In this document: positions 36,650-38,249 of the stretch, piece after piece
Layout: every line of letters starts with the position of its first letter
How positions within the stretch are numbered: the stretch's first letter is position 1
Origin: Ancylonema sp.
Lineage: Eukaryota
Assembly (NCBI GenBank): GCA_050230475.1
Contig: JBFLGF010000027.1
Span: 62,001 to 100,249 of the forward strand
Direction of reading: 5' to 3'
Length of the DNA: 38,249 nt
The notes under the pieces: generated by a model
What the model saw: only the letters and a program-made list of their open reading frames with translations
What the model was told of the DNA's origin: nothing
The model's database searches: none
Made by a program: the position numbers and the translations under genes

Positions 36650-38249
36650 ATTGGGAATGAGGCGGACTTTGCTTAGCTTCTTTACCACTCATTGTAAGTC
36701 ACAAGTCAAACAAACCGGAAGTATATATGATAGACAGTGCTTCACCATCTCTGACCCTCACACCTGAAGATCGTGTTGCAGCTCTCCAACAGAAGGAGGA
36801 AAATGCCAATGCAGACCAATTTTCCAGAGACAGTGAATCCGCACGGGTCAGCCCACGACGCTCCATCCAATTCGGCTCTCAACGTGAGGGAAACCTTGCC
36901 TACACTACCACCTGTCAAAACCACATCAGGTGCTAATGAGGACGACTTTCCACCCACACCTGGCTCCATTTGTGTCGACCCTCCCCTTGACCTCACACTT
37001 GAAAACATTGGGGAACTGCAAGAAGAGAGTGATACACCACACTAGGCTCAAATTTGGCAACACCTTATGGCTGAAATTGAGGACAAAATTAAGTATAAAT
37101 TCATCCGTGAAGCGATGGAACAAGCCAAGTACTAAGACCTGGCTACACCAATTACTACACATAGCATTGGTCTCCAAGCGCTCTTACTAGATGCACAAGC
37201 TAAAGCCGAAGTTAGTCCTTCACATACTCCTATGGAGCTAGATCCAACAACCATACCATCTATCGATCCAACTACATTTTCCTCTGCATAACAAACCAGA
37301 CTTGCCCCTACAAACCAACCTGCATTCACCTCTGCAAACCAAACTATCTCGGAATCTAACACCCTGATTCCTTCCACCGATCTTGTGCTCTTAGAGTTCA
37401 CACCATCACGTACCTTTCGCACTTTCGAGCAAGATGAACTTCATGAGCTCAATGAGGACGAATTGCGTACGCGGCTGCGGAAAATGATTGAGGAGAGGAA
37501 AGGGTTCCACACTGTAGTGTTCAAAGAAGCCAACAAAAAGGCAGAGGAAACCATCCACTCCAAAATCGGCAAACTCGCACAAGAGCACATGATTGTGCTA
37601 AAGAGCAAAAAATAATTGGAAGAGTACAATGTGGCAATTGCGTGGGAGGAGGAAAAAGAGAAATGGACGGCAAAGAACGAGGTGGAAATCGACACCGTCA
37701 ACTCTACTTGGGCCGAAAAGTTGTAGGCGCTTACCACAGCGCATGAGGCGAAGCTGTTGGCAGTAGAGAAGGCTGACAAACACAGCATGGAGGAGGTTGC
37801 ACGTCTGGAGACGAGGTTGCACCTAGAAATTGGGAAGAATAATTGAAGGGGGGAAAGGGATGCACCCATTCCCATCTCTCCCCTTACCAACTTGGCACCA
37901 TCGCAGTCCCTCACCATTACACCATCCCCTGTCACTAGCTCCCCAGTACCACCGACGATCGTCAGGATGGACACTTCAGAGGTCACCAAGCCTGTAACCA
38001 TAGCTGATCGCAAACGTGATGCTCACCCAACCAACCCCATATCTCCTAGTGACAAGCGCCCCACCAACAGGCAGCGCATGCATACTTTATCACCATTCCA
38101 AGAACCACAACGTCTAGAGGCTTACCTAATTGACAGCAAACGGTCTACGCCTACTATCCCTAGTTCCTCTTCGCAACCATCCACTCCGGTCGACCCAGGT
38201 CAAGTCATCATCACGGCCATGGAGTTGGAGGCGCAACAACAGAAGCCCC
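36650..38249 (+). pseudogene. Degenerate Pro/Thr-rich and coiled-coil-like coding sequence continuing the gag-protease element
   Basis: Broken ORFs 36773-37045 and 37385-37615 (ELNEDELRTRLRKMIEERK) with an E/K-rich continuation; no recognisable domain. Confidence 0.35.

Overview
Eukaryotic, plant-like (probably streptophyte) genomic window, rich in transposons, with no prokaryotic features. It holds one well-supported multi-exon gene, a BTB/POZ-BACK-LRR FBL11-like gene (minus, ~8629-17453), and one weakly supported orphan multi-exon gene (~20950-23600, minus). The rest is nested mobile DNA: (i) a decayed CRE-like RLE non-LTR retrotransposon inside a non-autonomous hAT element with intact TIRs and 8-bp TSD; (ii) a hAT MITE inside a TA-flanked Tc1/mariner-like MITE; (iii) a decayed Ty1/copia element with a half-tRNAiMet PBS, whose right LTR appears shared with a tandem copy; (iv) a 611-bp LINE-like tail inserted exactly at the copia PPT/LTR junction; (v) a gag-protease element inserted 9 bp from the equivalent junction, itself carrying a ~265-bp insert with 21-bp direct repeats and a Pol III B-box. 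Family calls rest on motif recognition by eye; no database searches were run.
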